A stretch of 48,439 nt of DNA, the filler included, from Syntrophales bacterium (lineage in GTDB: Bacteria; Desulfobacterota; Syntrophia; Syntrophales; UBA4778), in NCBI GenBank assembly GCA_963665615.2. It is 2 parts of 2 records of this genome, joined end to end, with 100 filler letters (N's around TTAATTAATTAA, not from the genome) between each part and the next. Parts side by side here need not be neighbours in the genome. Positions count along the whole stretch, not along the records: positions 1 to 25,188 come from CAXXQE010000002.1; 1 more part is not named here. One strand, given 5' to 3'. The translations under genes and the position numbers were made by a program. The notes beneath the pieces were generated by a model that was given only the letters and a program-made list of their open reading frames with translations, made no database searches and had not been told where the DNA came from. How positions within the stretch are numbered: position 1 is the first letter of the stretch; each line of letters starts with the position of its first letter. Below, one piece after another: positions 1-9,473 of this stretch.

Positions 1-2
1 AA

Positions 3-377
3 ACTTATTTCACAGGCAGCCATATAAACCCCAGTATTGTGCGCTGGGAACTGCACCGGGTGTGGATTGTTGAACTCGAACTGAAACCGGGAGCAAGGAG
101 CATTTATAAAAAACGGCGGTTCTATGTCGATGAGGATACTTGGTCCATTATATGCTGCGACATGTATGATGCGGCCGGTAAATTGTTCAAGATCAATAAC
201 TATTTCCCGACCCAGAGTTATGATGAGGACCATCCCAATACAATGACCTTTGCTATCTATAATATAAATAATGGCGCATGTGTCATAGTATATCGATTAA
301 TCTCTACACGGGATGAACAACCCCGGCCTGACATCTGGTGGGCAGGCGATAACATGTTGAATATGGGAATCCGCTAG
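3..377 (+). CDS. DUF1329-family protein, C-terminal part (5' end outside the window)
   Basis: Frame is open from base 3. RWELHRVWIVE...KPGARSIYKKRRFYVDEDTW...DMYD matches the DUF1329 C-terminus. Confidence 0.8.
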   Translation, partial: TYFTGSHINPSIVRWELHRVWIVELELKPGARSIYKKRRFYVDEDTWSIICCDMYDAAGKLFKINNYFPTQSYDEDHPNTMTFAIYNINNGACVIVYRLISTRDEQPRPDIWWAGDNMLNMGIR

Positions 378-834
378 CAATAAATAGACATAAATCATGA
401 AGGAGGCAGGCGCTTCAGGGTTTTCCTGGATGAAACAACATACACCGTTAACTCATCATTACGTGAATAGCCTATATTCTAAACAGGGGAAGCTAACGAA
501 GCGCCTGTCTTCTCATAATTATCAATCAATAAGGGGGGATGCTTTATTGTGTCTGTCTATTCATTATCCCCCTGCCTCATCACGTTCTGGAGTTAGCGGG
601 CGGCGTTAGTTAAGGTTATTCCCCGTTTGCTGATTCTGATCTTCGCTGAGTCCTTGATGGCGATCTGAGGAATCGTTGTGAAAGTGCCCCAGTGAACTGG
701 TAGCTGTTTATGCCTGCTATCTTCTGCGCAAGCAAATGGGGAGTGTAAGCTTTGGGCTTTGGTCGCAAGCAGGCCATTCAATTTACTGAAGAGTCGCTTA
801 CTGGGTTGGTATTACAATATGAGAGAATACGAAA

Positions 835-1953
835 ATGGGAATGGAAAACAAGATATACGATAAACTGATAGACTGGCTAGTTACGACATTTCGAGCTCTC
901 CCCGGGATTGATACACCCGAATTCAGAGAACTCGTCTATTTTTCATATACTCCGGAAGAAGCTGAGCTAGCGGTTCAGATTGGGCCGAATGGAGGGACAT
1001 TTGATGATCTGGTAGTTAAAACAGAAATAGAAAATGAAAAACTGAAAGAAATCCTCGAGAGCATGGTGGAAAAATGCACGATGTACAAAGAGCCGGATTC
1101 CGACAACCCCCTCTACCGGCCATTGGGCGTTGAATTACCGGGTCTCATCGAAGCGGCCGGCTGGGGGAATGCGGAAATCCCCCATCAAAAGCAATTACTC
1201 GAGCTCTGGGGGAAATTTAAATCAATTTACATCAATGAGGCCATTGCAGAATTAGGTCAACATTTTATGGCGTGGTGCGCGGTCAGCGCCCTTCCAACGA
1301 ACGCCATGCCCGAAGAGAATATTTTCGAACAGATAAAAAAATTTGATTACATCGCAGTCTTCCCGTGTGCGTGCCGCAACATAGAAAGACATGTTGTCGA
1401 CGGCGCTCCCTGTGACTGTATTTTGGAGTGTTGCATGTTTTTCGGTGAAATAGCACGCTGGGCTGTCGAACAGGGGCACGCGCGTCATATAACGACGGAA
1501 GAAACCCTGGATATCTTAAAGGCCTGCGAACTGAAAGGTCAGGTACACTCGGGTACGCCCGGCATTGCCTTTTGCAACTGTTGCAGCCATGCTTGCATTA
1601 ATCTATGTGCACAGAACATGGGGAAACAGCATAGTTTTGTCCAGAATCACTTTTTTGCCGTAGTTGTTCCAAAGACATGTAGATCATGCGGGACTTGCAT
1701 AAAGCGATGCCCCGTTGGCGCGATCCAGTTCGAGACAATTGTAACTGTCACCATAGACCAACTCCACTGTATTGGATGCGGGGCTTGTGCAACAGGGTGC
1801 GAGATGGGTTCGATCAGGATGGTTCGGCGTTCAGATGCGGAATCGGCAAGATTGAGCCGCGAAGCGGCGATAAATTTTAGGAAGGTAATTTCCAGGACAA
1901 CGCTCGACCCGTTGGTAATTAAGTCGTTTGAACACAAAACAGTAAAGAGATAG
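835..1953 (+). CDS. Large 4Fe-4S protein (N-terminal wHTH-like region, Cys-rich core, C-terminal 2x[4Fe-4S] ferredoxin domain), paralog 1
   Basis: CACR, CDCILECC, GQVH, FCNCCSHAC, CRSCGTCIKRCP, CIGCGACATGC. Confidence 0.85.
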   Translation: MGMENKIYDKLIDWLVTTFRALPGIDTPEFRELVYFSYTPEEAELAVQIGPNGGTFDDLVVKTEIENEKLKEILESMVEKCTMYKEPDSDNPLYRPLGVELPGLIEAAGWGNAEIPHQKQLLELWGKFKSIYINEAIAELGQHFMAWCAVSALPTNAMPEENIFEQIKKFDYIAVFPCACRNIERHVVDGAPCDCILECCMFFGEIARWAVEQGHARHITTEETLDILKACELKGQVHSGTPGIAFCNCCSHACINLCAQNMGKQHSFVQNHFFAVVVPKTCRSCGTCIKRCPVGAIQFETIVTVTIDQLHCIGCGACATGCEMGSIRMVRRSDAESARLSREAAINFRKVISRTTLDPLVIKSFEHKTVKR

Positions 1954-2312
1954 CGAACGAATCAAACCAAAAAATTAGAGAGGAGTCCATAATAATATAT
2001 GGACGCATGCATCAACGAAACGCGGCCGCCGTGCGGAACCGGCTGAGATTGTGTTCTTGCTATTATGGAAGCCTCAGTAATTTGTCCGATTATTATCGGG
2101 ATAGGTCAAATTGATAGCGTTAAAAGAATTATAAGAGACAGTCTGCAATTAGGGCTTTGCCTGGAAACAAGATGGCCAGCCCCATGTCGGTCTTTTGAAA
2201 GCAGAAAATTCCAAAAGGGTTATTGAAAAATCGAACTTCTTATAATTGTATCGTTACCAAGAAAGTTCTGATTTCACCAGTGAAGAAAAAACAAGATTCA
2301 GAGAGGCAGCGC

Positions 2313-3125
2313 ATGTTCGATTTGTCGAAGTTTTCACTGAAAAATAAGGTAGCAATTGTGACCGGGGGAAGCCGGGGAATCGGCCAGGCCATTGCCTATG
2401 GCTATGCGGCAGCGGGCGCCAAGGTTGTTGTGACAAGCCGCAAGCTTCAGGATCTGGAGGCAACGGCGGCCAGAATTCGCCAGTCCGGGGGAGAGGCCTT
2501 GCCGGTGGCGGCACACTTGGGGAGAATGGATCAACTCCAGTGGGGCATCGATGCTGCCATGGAAAAGTTCGGTCGCATCGATATCCTGGTTAACAATGCC
2601 GCGACAAACCCTCAAGGTACCTCGTTAGAATCGGATGAACGCCTTTGGGATGTCGTCATGAATCTGAATCTGAAGGGCTTATATTTTTTCAGTCAGGCCA
2701 TTGCCGGGATTATGAAAAATCAGGGTTCCGGCAAAATCATCAACATAGCTTCTGTAAGCGGCATAAAGGCAGATCCTCCAGTCAGTGCCTATAGCGTCTC
2801 CAAAGCAGGCGTGTGTATGATCACGAAGCTCTTTGCTGCGGAGCTTGCGCCATATAACGTTCAGGTGAATACCATTGTGCCGGGGCCCATTGTAACTAAG
2901 ATGGTTGATCCAATCTGGTCGAAGCTGCCGTCGGAAGAAGGTAAAAAAGCGAGAGCCGCACTGGAAGGCAGCTTGCCTATGAAGCGCCTTGGCGAACCAG
3001 ATGAGATTGTTGGCGCTGCCATTTATCTGGCGTCTGAAGCTTCCAGTTATACGACGGGAACGGAAATTGTTATAGATGGCGGTTTGCTACTGATGGGAAG
3101 CATGAAATTCATGGAGGGTCCGTAG
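2313..3125 (+). CDS. Classical SDR-family oxidoreductase
   Basis: TGGSRGIG, NNAA, YSVSK, IDGG motifs. ATG 2313 follows GAGAGG. Confidence 0.9.
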   Translation: MFDLSKFSLKNKVAIVTGGSRGIGQAIAYGYAAAGAKVVVTSRKLQDLEATAARIRQSGGEALPVAAHLGRMDQLQWGIDAAMEKFGRIDILVNNAATNPQGTSLESDERLWDVVMNLNLKGLYFFSQAIAGIMKNQGSGKIINIASVSGIKADPPVSAYSVSKAGVCMITKLFAAELAPYNVQVNTIVPGPIVTKMVDPIWSKLPSEEGKKARAALEGSLPMKRLGEPDEIVGAAIYLASEASSYTTGTEIVIDGGLLLMGSMKFMEGP

Positions 3126-3229
3126 AAACATTGCCCACAGGCGCATCTTGTAAATTTTCGGGGTGGGAATTACTTCGTACCAAAAGGATCATTTGTTCGG
3201 ATATATCAATATCAGATAAGAGGTTAAAA

Positions 3230-4306
3230 ATGTCAGACGATTTGTACAGAAAATTACAACAATATCTCGATACGCTCTCTGTCGGGTTTCCTCCAACTGA
3301 ATCCGGCATTGAGTTGAGAATTTTGAGGGCCTTATTTTTCGAAGCGGATGCGGAACTCATTTTAGTCATGTCACATAAGCTGGAAACGGCGGAGGATATT
3401 GCGGCCCGCCTCGGCCGTGATGTGGCACAAACAGCTGCGCAGCTGAAAGACATGCGCGACCGAGGACTGCTGTTCAGTCTAAAAGAGAAAGGGATAACCC
3501 GATACGGCGTCATCCAGTTTATCCACGGTATATTTGAATTTCAGATAACCAGGCTGGGTGCGGAATTTGCCCAGATGTTCGAAGACTATTATGAGGAGGC
3601 GCTGGCCGACGCGCTTTTCGTTGCCACGCAGACCTTCATGCGGACCGTCCCTGTCCAGGAGTCTGTGGAACCGGAATATGTCGTCGCTGCGCACAACGAT
3701 GTCGTCCAGATATTGCGTTCTCAGCCGTTGATCTCGGTTTCCGAATGCATCTGCCGCAAGGAACATGAGGTCCGAGGCATTACGCTCGGCACGTCCGACA
3801 AACCCCGGGAAACCTGCTTTATGTTCGGTTCCATGGCAAGATATTACATCGACAATCAGTTGGGACGGCAGGTTGACTCGGAGGAGGCGGTCGACATTCT
3901 GGAGAAGGCCGAGCGAGCAGGCATGGTGCCGCAACCTGCGGCGTCCCGGAATCCGGCTGCTCTGTGCGTTTGCAGCGGCGAGTACTGCATCATCCTGCGA
4001 GCCTTGAATCTCTCGGACAAACCGGCCGACCATATCATATCCAATTACCAGTCGCTGGTTGCTGCAAGCTTATGCACTGGTTGCAAATCCTGTTTGAACA
4101 GCTGCCATATGCACGCTACAAGCATGAAGGATGGCATTGCAGTTATTGATTTGGACAGATGCATCGGCTGCGGTCTGTGCGTCCGCGCCTGTCCTTCAGA
4201 AGCCATTCGTATGATTCCCAAGCCGAACCAGCCGTATATCCCTGAAGACCTCCCGGAGCAGATGCAACTGATGGCAAAGGCCAGAAAGCTTTCCCATCAG
4301 AAGTGA
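3230..4306 (+). CDS. Large 4Fe-4S protein, paralog 2
   Basis: MSDDLYRKLQQYLD start after GAGG. CICR, ETCFMFG, CTGCKSCLNSC, CIGCGLCVRACP. Confidence 0.85.
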   Translation: MSDDLYRKLQQYLDTLSVGFPPTESGIELRILRALFFEADAELILVMSHKLETAEDIAARLGRDVAQTAAQLKDMRDRGLLFSLKEKGITRYGVIQFIHGIFEFQITRLGAEFAQMFEDYYEEALADALFVATQTFMRTVPVQESVEPEYVVAAHNDVVQILRSQPLISVSECICRKEHEVRGITLGTSDKPRETCFMFGSMARYYIDNQLGRQVDSEEAVDILEKAERAGMVPQPAASRNPAALCVCSGEYCIILRALNLSDKPADHIISNYQSLVAASLCTGCKSCLNSCHMHATSMKDGIAVIDLDRCIGCGLCVRACPSEAIRMIPKPNQPYIPEDLPEQMQLMAKARKLSHQK

Positions 4307-4516
4307 GGTATGGTGAGCGCTTGGGAACAGGCGATGCAGGCAAGGGATCAGATTGATTCTTAGTGATCACTGCGACCTGATTTTAATGGGTTCGACGTCG
4401 GATGATTTTTTTCAGAGAGATACCGAAAAAAGAATGAAGTTCTCTTTCTAAGGGAGTTTCTCTGGCAATTAATAATTTGTAACAAACCTTTAAAATGAAA
4501 ATTATGGGAGGCAGCA

Positions 4517-5764
4517 ATGACTAACTGGTTAACACCCCTACCTGTACGGGATGCTTATGATGCGTTAACGCGCAAGCTTGATTATCCAAGTTCCGTGACG
4601 TTGCGGAGAATCATGGAGCTTGCGATGTGTCTGGAGGAAGCTGAGCTTTTGCTGGCGATGCCGGGAACGATTGAGTCGCTGGCTGCGGCGGTGAACCGTG
4701 ATCAAAAAATAGTGAAGGACCAACTGGATAGGATGTATGATGTTGGGCTAATGATGGAGATCCCGAGTCCGGACGGAACTGTGACGTATACACAACCTAC
4801 GCCGTTCTGGAGCGTAGAGAGCGCCAGCGACCAGATGCTGTGGGCCATGGGAGGCAAATATGCTCCCAAGTCCGGAAAGGCCACAGCGAAGGAATTATGG
4901 GGGCGGCTGGATGCGAAGAGTGAAGAGCTTTGTGAGCTTTGGCACAAGTTCTTCTACGAAGAGTGGTATAGATGGCAACGTCCCAATGAACTGGTGCATC
5001 GTAACATGGAACAACTCGGCGGTCCGGGCGGTTTGGCTCGCACGTTTGGAATTATGCCCGCCGTCACTGCTTTGGAAAAAAGCGTGATGTTCGGGACAGA
5101 AATTCTTCCCGACTGGGATCTTCGCGAGATAGCCAAGAAAGGTCAGAATGGAATATACTCCAGAGTTTGCTCATGCCGGATCAGGGCCAGAGGTTGCGAA
5201 TTTCCGCTTTGGACTTGTGGCGCCTTGTTTGACGGCATGCCCGGTAGAGATGTCGCTGCAGAAATCAAGGACAAGCGAGGGCAGCTTTATAAGTATTCCG
5301 GTGAGGAATGGCTAGAACTTATGATCCGCGGCGAACAAGACCAGATGATGGTGCATATGGGGGACTCGTGGTTCGTGGCATGCAATTGTTGCCGTGACTG
5401 CTGCAATTGGCTCGTGCCGTTGCGTCTATACAGCAATGAGCCGTGGGAGGGGGTACATCCTTCACCCTATCGTGCGGTAGTCAATAGCGATGTGTGTGAA
5501 GGCTGCACCCATGACTGCTTCTCTCGTTGTGCCTTCAAGGTAATCGAGGATAAGAAGGATCCTTCTACGGGAAAGGTAAAGGCCTATGTAGATCCAGATA
5601 AGTGCGTTGGATGCGGTCAATGCGTAATCGGCTGTAAGGTTGAGGGCGCTATTAAAATGGAAACGGAAGAAAAAGCTGGAGCGCATGTTCCTGTGATGGG
5701 TGGCAGGGCAAAAGTGCCGGAAAGCATCTCGGGTTTCAAGCCAAGCATCCCCCGCATGCGATAG
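4517..5764 (+). CDS. Large 4Fe-4S protein, paralog 3
   Basis: GGGAGG RBS. CSCR, MMVH, ACNCCRDCC, CEGCTHDC, CVGCGQCVIGC. Confidence 0.85.
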   Translation: MTNWLTPLPVRDAYDALTRKLDYPSSVTLRRIMELAMCLEEAELLLAMPGTIESLAAAVNRDQKIVKDQLDRMYDVGLMMEIPSPDGTVTYTQPTPFWSVESASDQMLWAMGGKYAPKSGKATAKELWGRLDAKSEELCELWHKFFYEEWYRWQRPNELVHRNMEQLGGPGGLARTFGIMPAVTALEKSVMFGTEILPDWDLREIAKKGQNGIYSRVCSCRIRARGCEFPLWTCGALFDGMPGRDVAAEIKDKRGQLYKYSGEEWLELMIRGEQDQMMVHMGDSWFVACNCCRDCCNWLVPLRLYSNEPWEGVHPSPYRAVVNSDVCEGCTHDCFSRCAFKVIEDKKDPSTGKVKAYVDPDKCVGCGQCVIGCKVEGAIKMETEEKAGAHVPVMGGRAKVPESISGFKPSIPRMR

Positions 5765-5789
5765 GATTTTCCCGAAAATCGAATTCTCA

Positions 5790-5845
5790 ATACAGTGGTC
5801 ATAGACTTCTGTCTCAGCGGGAGGTCTATGACCACTGTATATTTT
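5790..5845 (+). terminator. Long hairpin, probable intrinsic terminator
   Basis: ATACAGTGGTCATAGACTTC...GAGGTCTATGACCACTGTAT inverted repeat followed by ATTTT, just after the stop at 5764. Confidence 0.7.
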
Positions 5846-5950
5846 GGCGTCCCACAGAGTTAGGATCCTACAATTTGATATTCTCTCACTTTGTTACATC
5901 TGACCTGTCCCAGAAATATTGGGCTTTCGTCATGCCACCACTGGGGAGAC

Positions 5951-5974
5951 TGGTGGAGGCGGCGGGGATCAAAC
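5951..5974 (-). other. Isolated tmRNA-like 3' end fragment (att-site remnant)
   Basis: Minus strand reads GTTTGATCCCCGCCGCCTCCACCA, a T-loop plus 3' acceptor strand and CCA typical of ssrA. No 5' body of the RNA is present. Confidence 0.65.
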
Positions 5975-6035
5975 AACATAATTAATATGTCGTAGTTATT
6001 ATTTTAGGTAATGCTGGATTCCAGTTGCACTAAAT

Positions 6036-6270
6036 TTAAACTTTTCCAATATCAGCTATGTTGGATTTAAATGAAGCTTCTAACTTTTCAGCAGCCCGAC
6101 GTTTTCGATCTCCAGTCAGGTGAGCGTATCTCTAAGTCATAGCTAAGGCGCGATGCCCAATAGCTTTGTTGGGATCATCCCATTTAAGGTATTCTTTCAT
6201 AAGTTCTTTCAATGCCGGTGCCTGCTTTTTCTCTTTGGGAAGTTCACTTCCGTGCTGAATATTATAAATC
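6036..6270 (-). pseudogene. Tyrosine integrase remnant with large internal deletion and in-frame stop
   Basis: Reading through the TAG at 6132-6134 gives ...KKQAPALKELMKEYLKWDDPNKAIGHRALAMT*RYAHLTGDRKRRAAEKLE...: the N-terminal helix is joined directly to the GH..MT.RYAHL catalytic box. Confidence 0.8.
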
Positions 6271-6929
6271 CGATTGTTGCGGCAAGAAATGTGGACAAAT
6301 GCCGGGAGACCATTAATAAGATTAAATCGGCGGGCGGCGATTGTATTTACGTAAAAACAGATGTTTCTAAAGCAGATGACGTCAAGATGCTCGTTCAAAA
6401 GACTATCGATACTTACGGCCGTCTCGATTGTGCCGTCAACAGTGCCGGCATGGACATGCAGAAGCCGTTTCTCGACTGGACCGATGCCGACTGGGACGCA
6501 ATGATCGACACCAACCTCAAGGGCGTTTGGCTATGCATGAAAAATGAGATTCCTCCGATGCTTTCCCAGGGCGGCGGTGCGATTGTCAACATTGCCTCGA
6601 TCGCCGCGCTTGTCGGTCTCCCCATGCTTGGCCCTTACGTCGCCAGTAAACATGGCGTTTTGGGCTTGTCGCGGTCCGCCTCTGTGGAGTTTGCGGAAAA
6701 GGGCATCGGGGTCAACACCATCTGTCCCGGTGTAACCGACACGCCTATGCTGCGAAGAGCGCTTGGCGATGATGCCGGCAATGTAAATATGATTGCGTCC
6801 CAGAGCAGCATGAAACGCGTGGGAAAGCCGGAAGAAATCGCCGCTGCCGCACTTTGGCTTTGCTCTGACGAATCTTCGTACGTCACTGGAATTGCACTGA
6901 GTGTCGACGGCGGCTGGTCTCAGCATTAG
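6271..6929 (+). pseudogene. SDR oxidoreductase missing its N-terminal TGxxxGxG Rossmann motif
   Basis: DVS, NSAG, YVASK, VDGG are present, but the upstream in-frame sequence is the antisense of the integrase remnant. Confidence 0.75.
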
Positions 6930-7047
6930 ATATGAGACCTGGGGACGTCATAGACTTCGTTAACGTGTAAATGGTTCTAAAATAGAAGTCGGGCGAATCT
7001 CCGGCTTGTCCCCTGTGTTCTGTATAAACATTTTTATAGCCCGTTAA

Positions 7048-7213
7048 CAGGCTGTTAAAAAATTCTTCAATGTTGTGTCATTGCGAGGAGCGTCAGCGAC
7101 GTGGCAATCTCTAGCCTATTGATTACTCGAAGACAGGGATTGCTTCGCTTCGCTCCCCGACGACTACCTTGGGACATGCGCAATGACGCTAAAAATAGTT
7201 TTTCAACAGCCTG
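7048..7213. mobile_element. MITE-like element with terminal inverted repeats and TTAA flanks
   Basis: TTAA|CAGGCTGTTAAAAAA ... TTTTTCAACAGCCTG|TTAA. Internal palindromic GTCATTGCG...GCAATC...GATTGC...CGCAATGAC. Confidence 0.75.
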
Positions 7214-7231
7214 TTAAAAAAGGAAGATACA

Positions 7232-7639
7232 ATGTTTCTAGTCCTGCTGGCAGTAACCTTCGTCGTGGCCTTAGTGGTTTCAGCCATAGTCGCCAGAACA
7301 TTTCATTCGCCATTGGATAACATTTTAAAGCGAATCATATCGGAAGAGATCAGTTATGCCTGGCTAAGGTACATGCAGTTCGCCATTTATGTTGTCGGCG
7401 TGTCTGCAGGTGTTCGAATTTATGAATTAGAAAAATACATTACCCCTCTGCGTTACGATAAGGAAGCCAGGGTACTTGATCTCACCACGGACAGATGGAT
7501 TTTGGAAGTGTACAGAACCGTCATTGAGGCCTTGCAGGGAATTGCCTGGATGCTGCTCGTATTCTTTGTCTTTGCGCTAGTGGCATACGTTATTGTGCGG
7601 ATTTTCGAGTCAAGAAAGGAAAAGTCCAAAAACTTGTAA
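7232..7639 (+). CDS. Small membrane protein, about 3 TM, unknown function
   Basis: AAGGAAG RBS, three hydrophobic segments, 135 aa. Confidence 0.75.
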   Translation: MFLVLLAVTFVVALVVSAIVARTFHSPLDNILKRIISEEISYAWLRYMQFAIYVVGVSAGVRIYELEKYITPLRYDKEARVLDLTTDRWILEVYRTVIEALQGIAWMLLVFFVFALVAYVIVRIFESRKEKSKNL

Positions 7640-7828
7640 TTTCGCTTTAGCTGCAGAGTGGAACTGAAGCCCAGGCAATGAAAGCGGACAAGGTGTGAGG
7701 ACTGTCAAGCTTCACAGGAAACAATCAGCTGCTGAGGAGATAGGCCGATGATGAATGTTCTACAGCCTGTCATTCGGTGTTTATATCCTATACGAAATCC
7801 ATATTAAACTTCATTAGGAGGAGGGAAC

Positions 7829-8263
7829 ATGTGGAAATGTAAAAAGTGTGGGGAAGAGAACGAAGATACCTTTGATTCATGCTGGAGTTGTGGTGTTGGT
7901 CATGATGGAACTCGAGTAGCAGACACCAAGGATTTTACGGCGCTTAAAGAGGATGTTGCGCAGAGCGACTATTCCAAGTCGGACTATACGACAACATATG
8001 GCACGGCTCGCCTAATTGCGCAGTTTGTATCTTCTGTCGGATGGATCGTAGTGGCGATCAGCCTCTTGATCTTATTGGTCTCCCTAGCCAAGAGCATCGA
8101 CTCCCACGACAACTTCGCTTTGATGGGGCTTCTTCCTTCTTTTTCAGGCGCCGTAAGTGGTTTGTTGCTCGTGATGGTAGGGCAAATGACGCGAGCAACA
8201 GTCGATACCGCTGATAATACAGGGCATATTTTGGCTATTATGAAGAAAAGAAAATGCAAGTGA
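7829..8263 (+). CDS. Zn-ribbon (WxCxxC...CWxC) membrane protein
   Basis: AGGAGGAGG RBS. MWKCKKCGEENEDTFDSCWSC followed by two hydrophobic helices. Confidence 0.8.
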   Translation: MWKCKKCGEENEDTFDSCWSCGVGHDGTRVADTKDFTALKEDVAQSDYSKSDYTTTYGTARLIAQFVSSVGWIVVAISLLILLVSLAKSIDSHDNFALMGLLPSFSGAVSGLLLVMVGQMTRATVDTADNTGHILAIMKKRKCK

Positions 8264-8721
8264 TGAACGACAGGGATTATTTCGAAGAGTATACGGTGGG
8301 GGAAAAGTTCATCACACCCGGCCGAACGATCACGGAGACCGATATCGCCCTGTATGCCGGATTGACTGGCGACTGGCATCCGCTGCATACGGACGCCGAG
8401 TATGCGAAACAGGGCCCTTTCGGCGAGCGGGTCGCCCATGGTCTTTTAAACCTGATTATCAGCGCCACCCTTAGCTTTAGACTTGGATACTATGCAGTCG
8501 TTCCCAAGTCTGTTATCGCCTTATTGGGCATCGACAAGTTTCGTTTGCTTTTACCTGTCAAGATTGGTGATACCATCCACACGGAGATAGAGGTCCTGGC
8601 GCTCCTGCCCAAGGACGAAAAGCGCGGGATCATGGTTCAAAACAACGTAGCCAAGAATCAAAGGGGGGAAGAGGTCCTTGTCTTTACCACACAATTTATA
8701 GTGGGCCGAAAGCCTCAATAA
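8263..8721 (+). CDS. MaoC-family (hot-dog) dehydratase
   Basis: YFEE...RTITETDI..YAGLTGDWHPLHTD..YA...FGERVAHG. TGATG overlap with the previous gene. Confidence 0.9.
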   Translation: MNDRDYFEEYTVGEKFITPGRTITETDIALYAGLTGDWHPLHTDAEYAKQGPFGERVAHGLLNLIISATLSFRLGYYAVVPKSVIALLGIDKFRLLLPVKIGDTIHTEIEVLALLPKDEKRGIMVQNNVAKNQRGEEVLVFTTQFIVGRKPQ

Positions 8722-8896
8722 GAAATGAGCCCTATCAACATCATCAAGCGGTCCGCTACCCCTTGTTTTCACTCTGGCGTAGACCGGCCCCTTTGGTTTT
8801 CCTGGAAATCGGTTCTATCTCTTGGTTGACAGAATCGGACATTTGCATTAATGAAGCAGCAACTTAGTTTATGGTCTCATGAGGAGAAACGAAAAA

Positions 8897-9316
8897 ATGA
8901 GTCTTCAGAAAACATTTGCCATCATCAAGCCTGATGCGGTAGCTGCCGGAAAGGCGGGCTCGATTATTGCCGAAATCGAGAAGAATGGATTCAGAATTGC
9001 CGCGATGAAGCTGATTCACCTGACGAAAAGTCAGGCGGAGGGATTCTATGCCGTTCATAGAGAGAGGCCTTTTTTTGGCCCCCTGGTTGCCTTCATGACG
9101 GAGGGTCCGGTTGTCGCGATGATTCTTGAGCGCGACGACGCGGTGCTGCACTGGCGTAAAGTCATGGGGGCGACTGATCCGAGCAAGGCGGACGCGGGAA
9201 CTATCAGAAAGATGTTCGGTACCAACATCGAGCGAAATGCCACGCACGGCTCTGACGCCGACGAGACGGCTGCATTCGAAACGACCTATTTCTTCAACGC
9301 GATGGAAATCGTCTAA
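8897..9316 (+). CDS. ndk: Nucleoside diphosphate kinase
   Basis: KTFAIIKPDA, FYAVHRERPFF, MGATDP, NATHGSD. GAGGAG RBS. Confidence 0.97.
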   Translation: MSLQKTFAIIKPDAVAAGKAGSIIAEIEKNGFRIAAMKLIHLTKSQAEGFYAVHRERPFFGPLVAFMTEGPVVAMILERDDAVLHWRKVMGATDPSKADAGTIRKMFGTNIERNATHGSDADETAAFETTYFFNAMEIV

Positions 9317-9354
9317 AGGTTAGCTACCCTGGCTAATCGCCGGACAGAGTAAGG

Positions 9355-9397
9355 TCCAGTCCACATGTTTGACGTAATGTCGAATGTGTGGACTGGA
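9355..9397. terminator. Hairpin between the convergent ndk and MFS genes
   Basis: TCCAGTCCACATGTTTGAC-GTAAT-GTCGAATGTGTGGACTGGA. Confidence 0.55.
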
Positions 9398-9473
9398 GAC
9401 TGGACCCGTTTTGTTTTGAATCTGGAAGCGAGCGCATTCCTCGCAGCTTGCTCCGGTGAGTCTGAAACCAACC

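Noticed and set aside
399..514. Spaced inverted repeat GAGGCAGGCGCTTC / GAAGCGCCTGTCTT
   Set aside because: Short, with no second copy or target duplication; cannot be assigned a function.
1999..2226. ORF MDACINETRPPCGTG-TGA-DC..., possible selenoprotein
   Set aside because: The read-through product resembles no family I know and I see no convincing SECIS hairpin.
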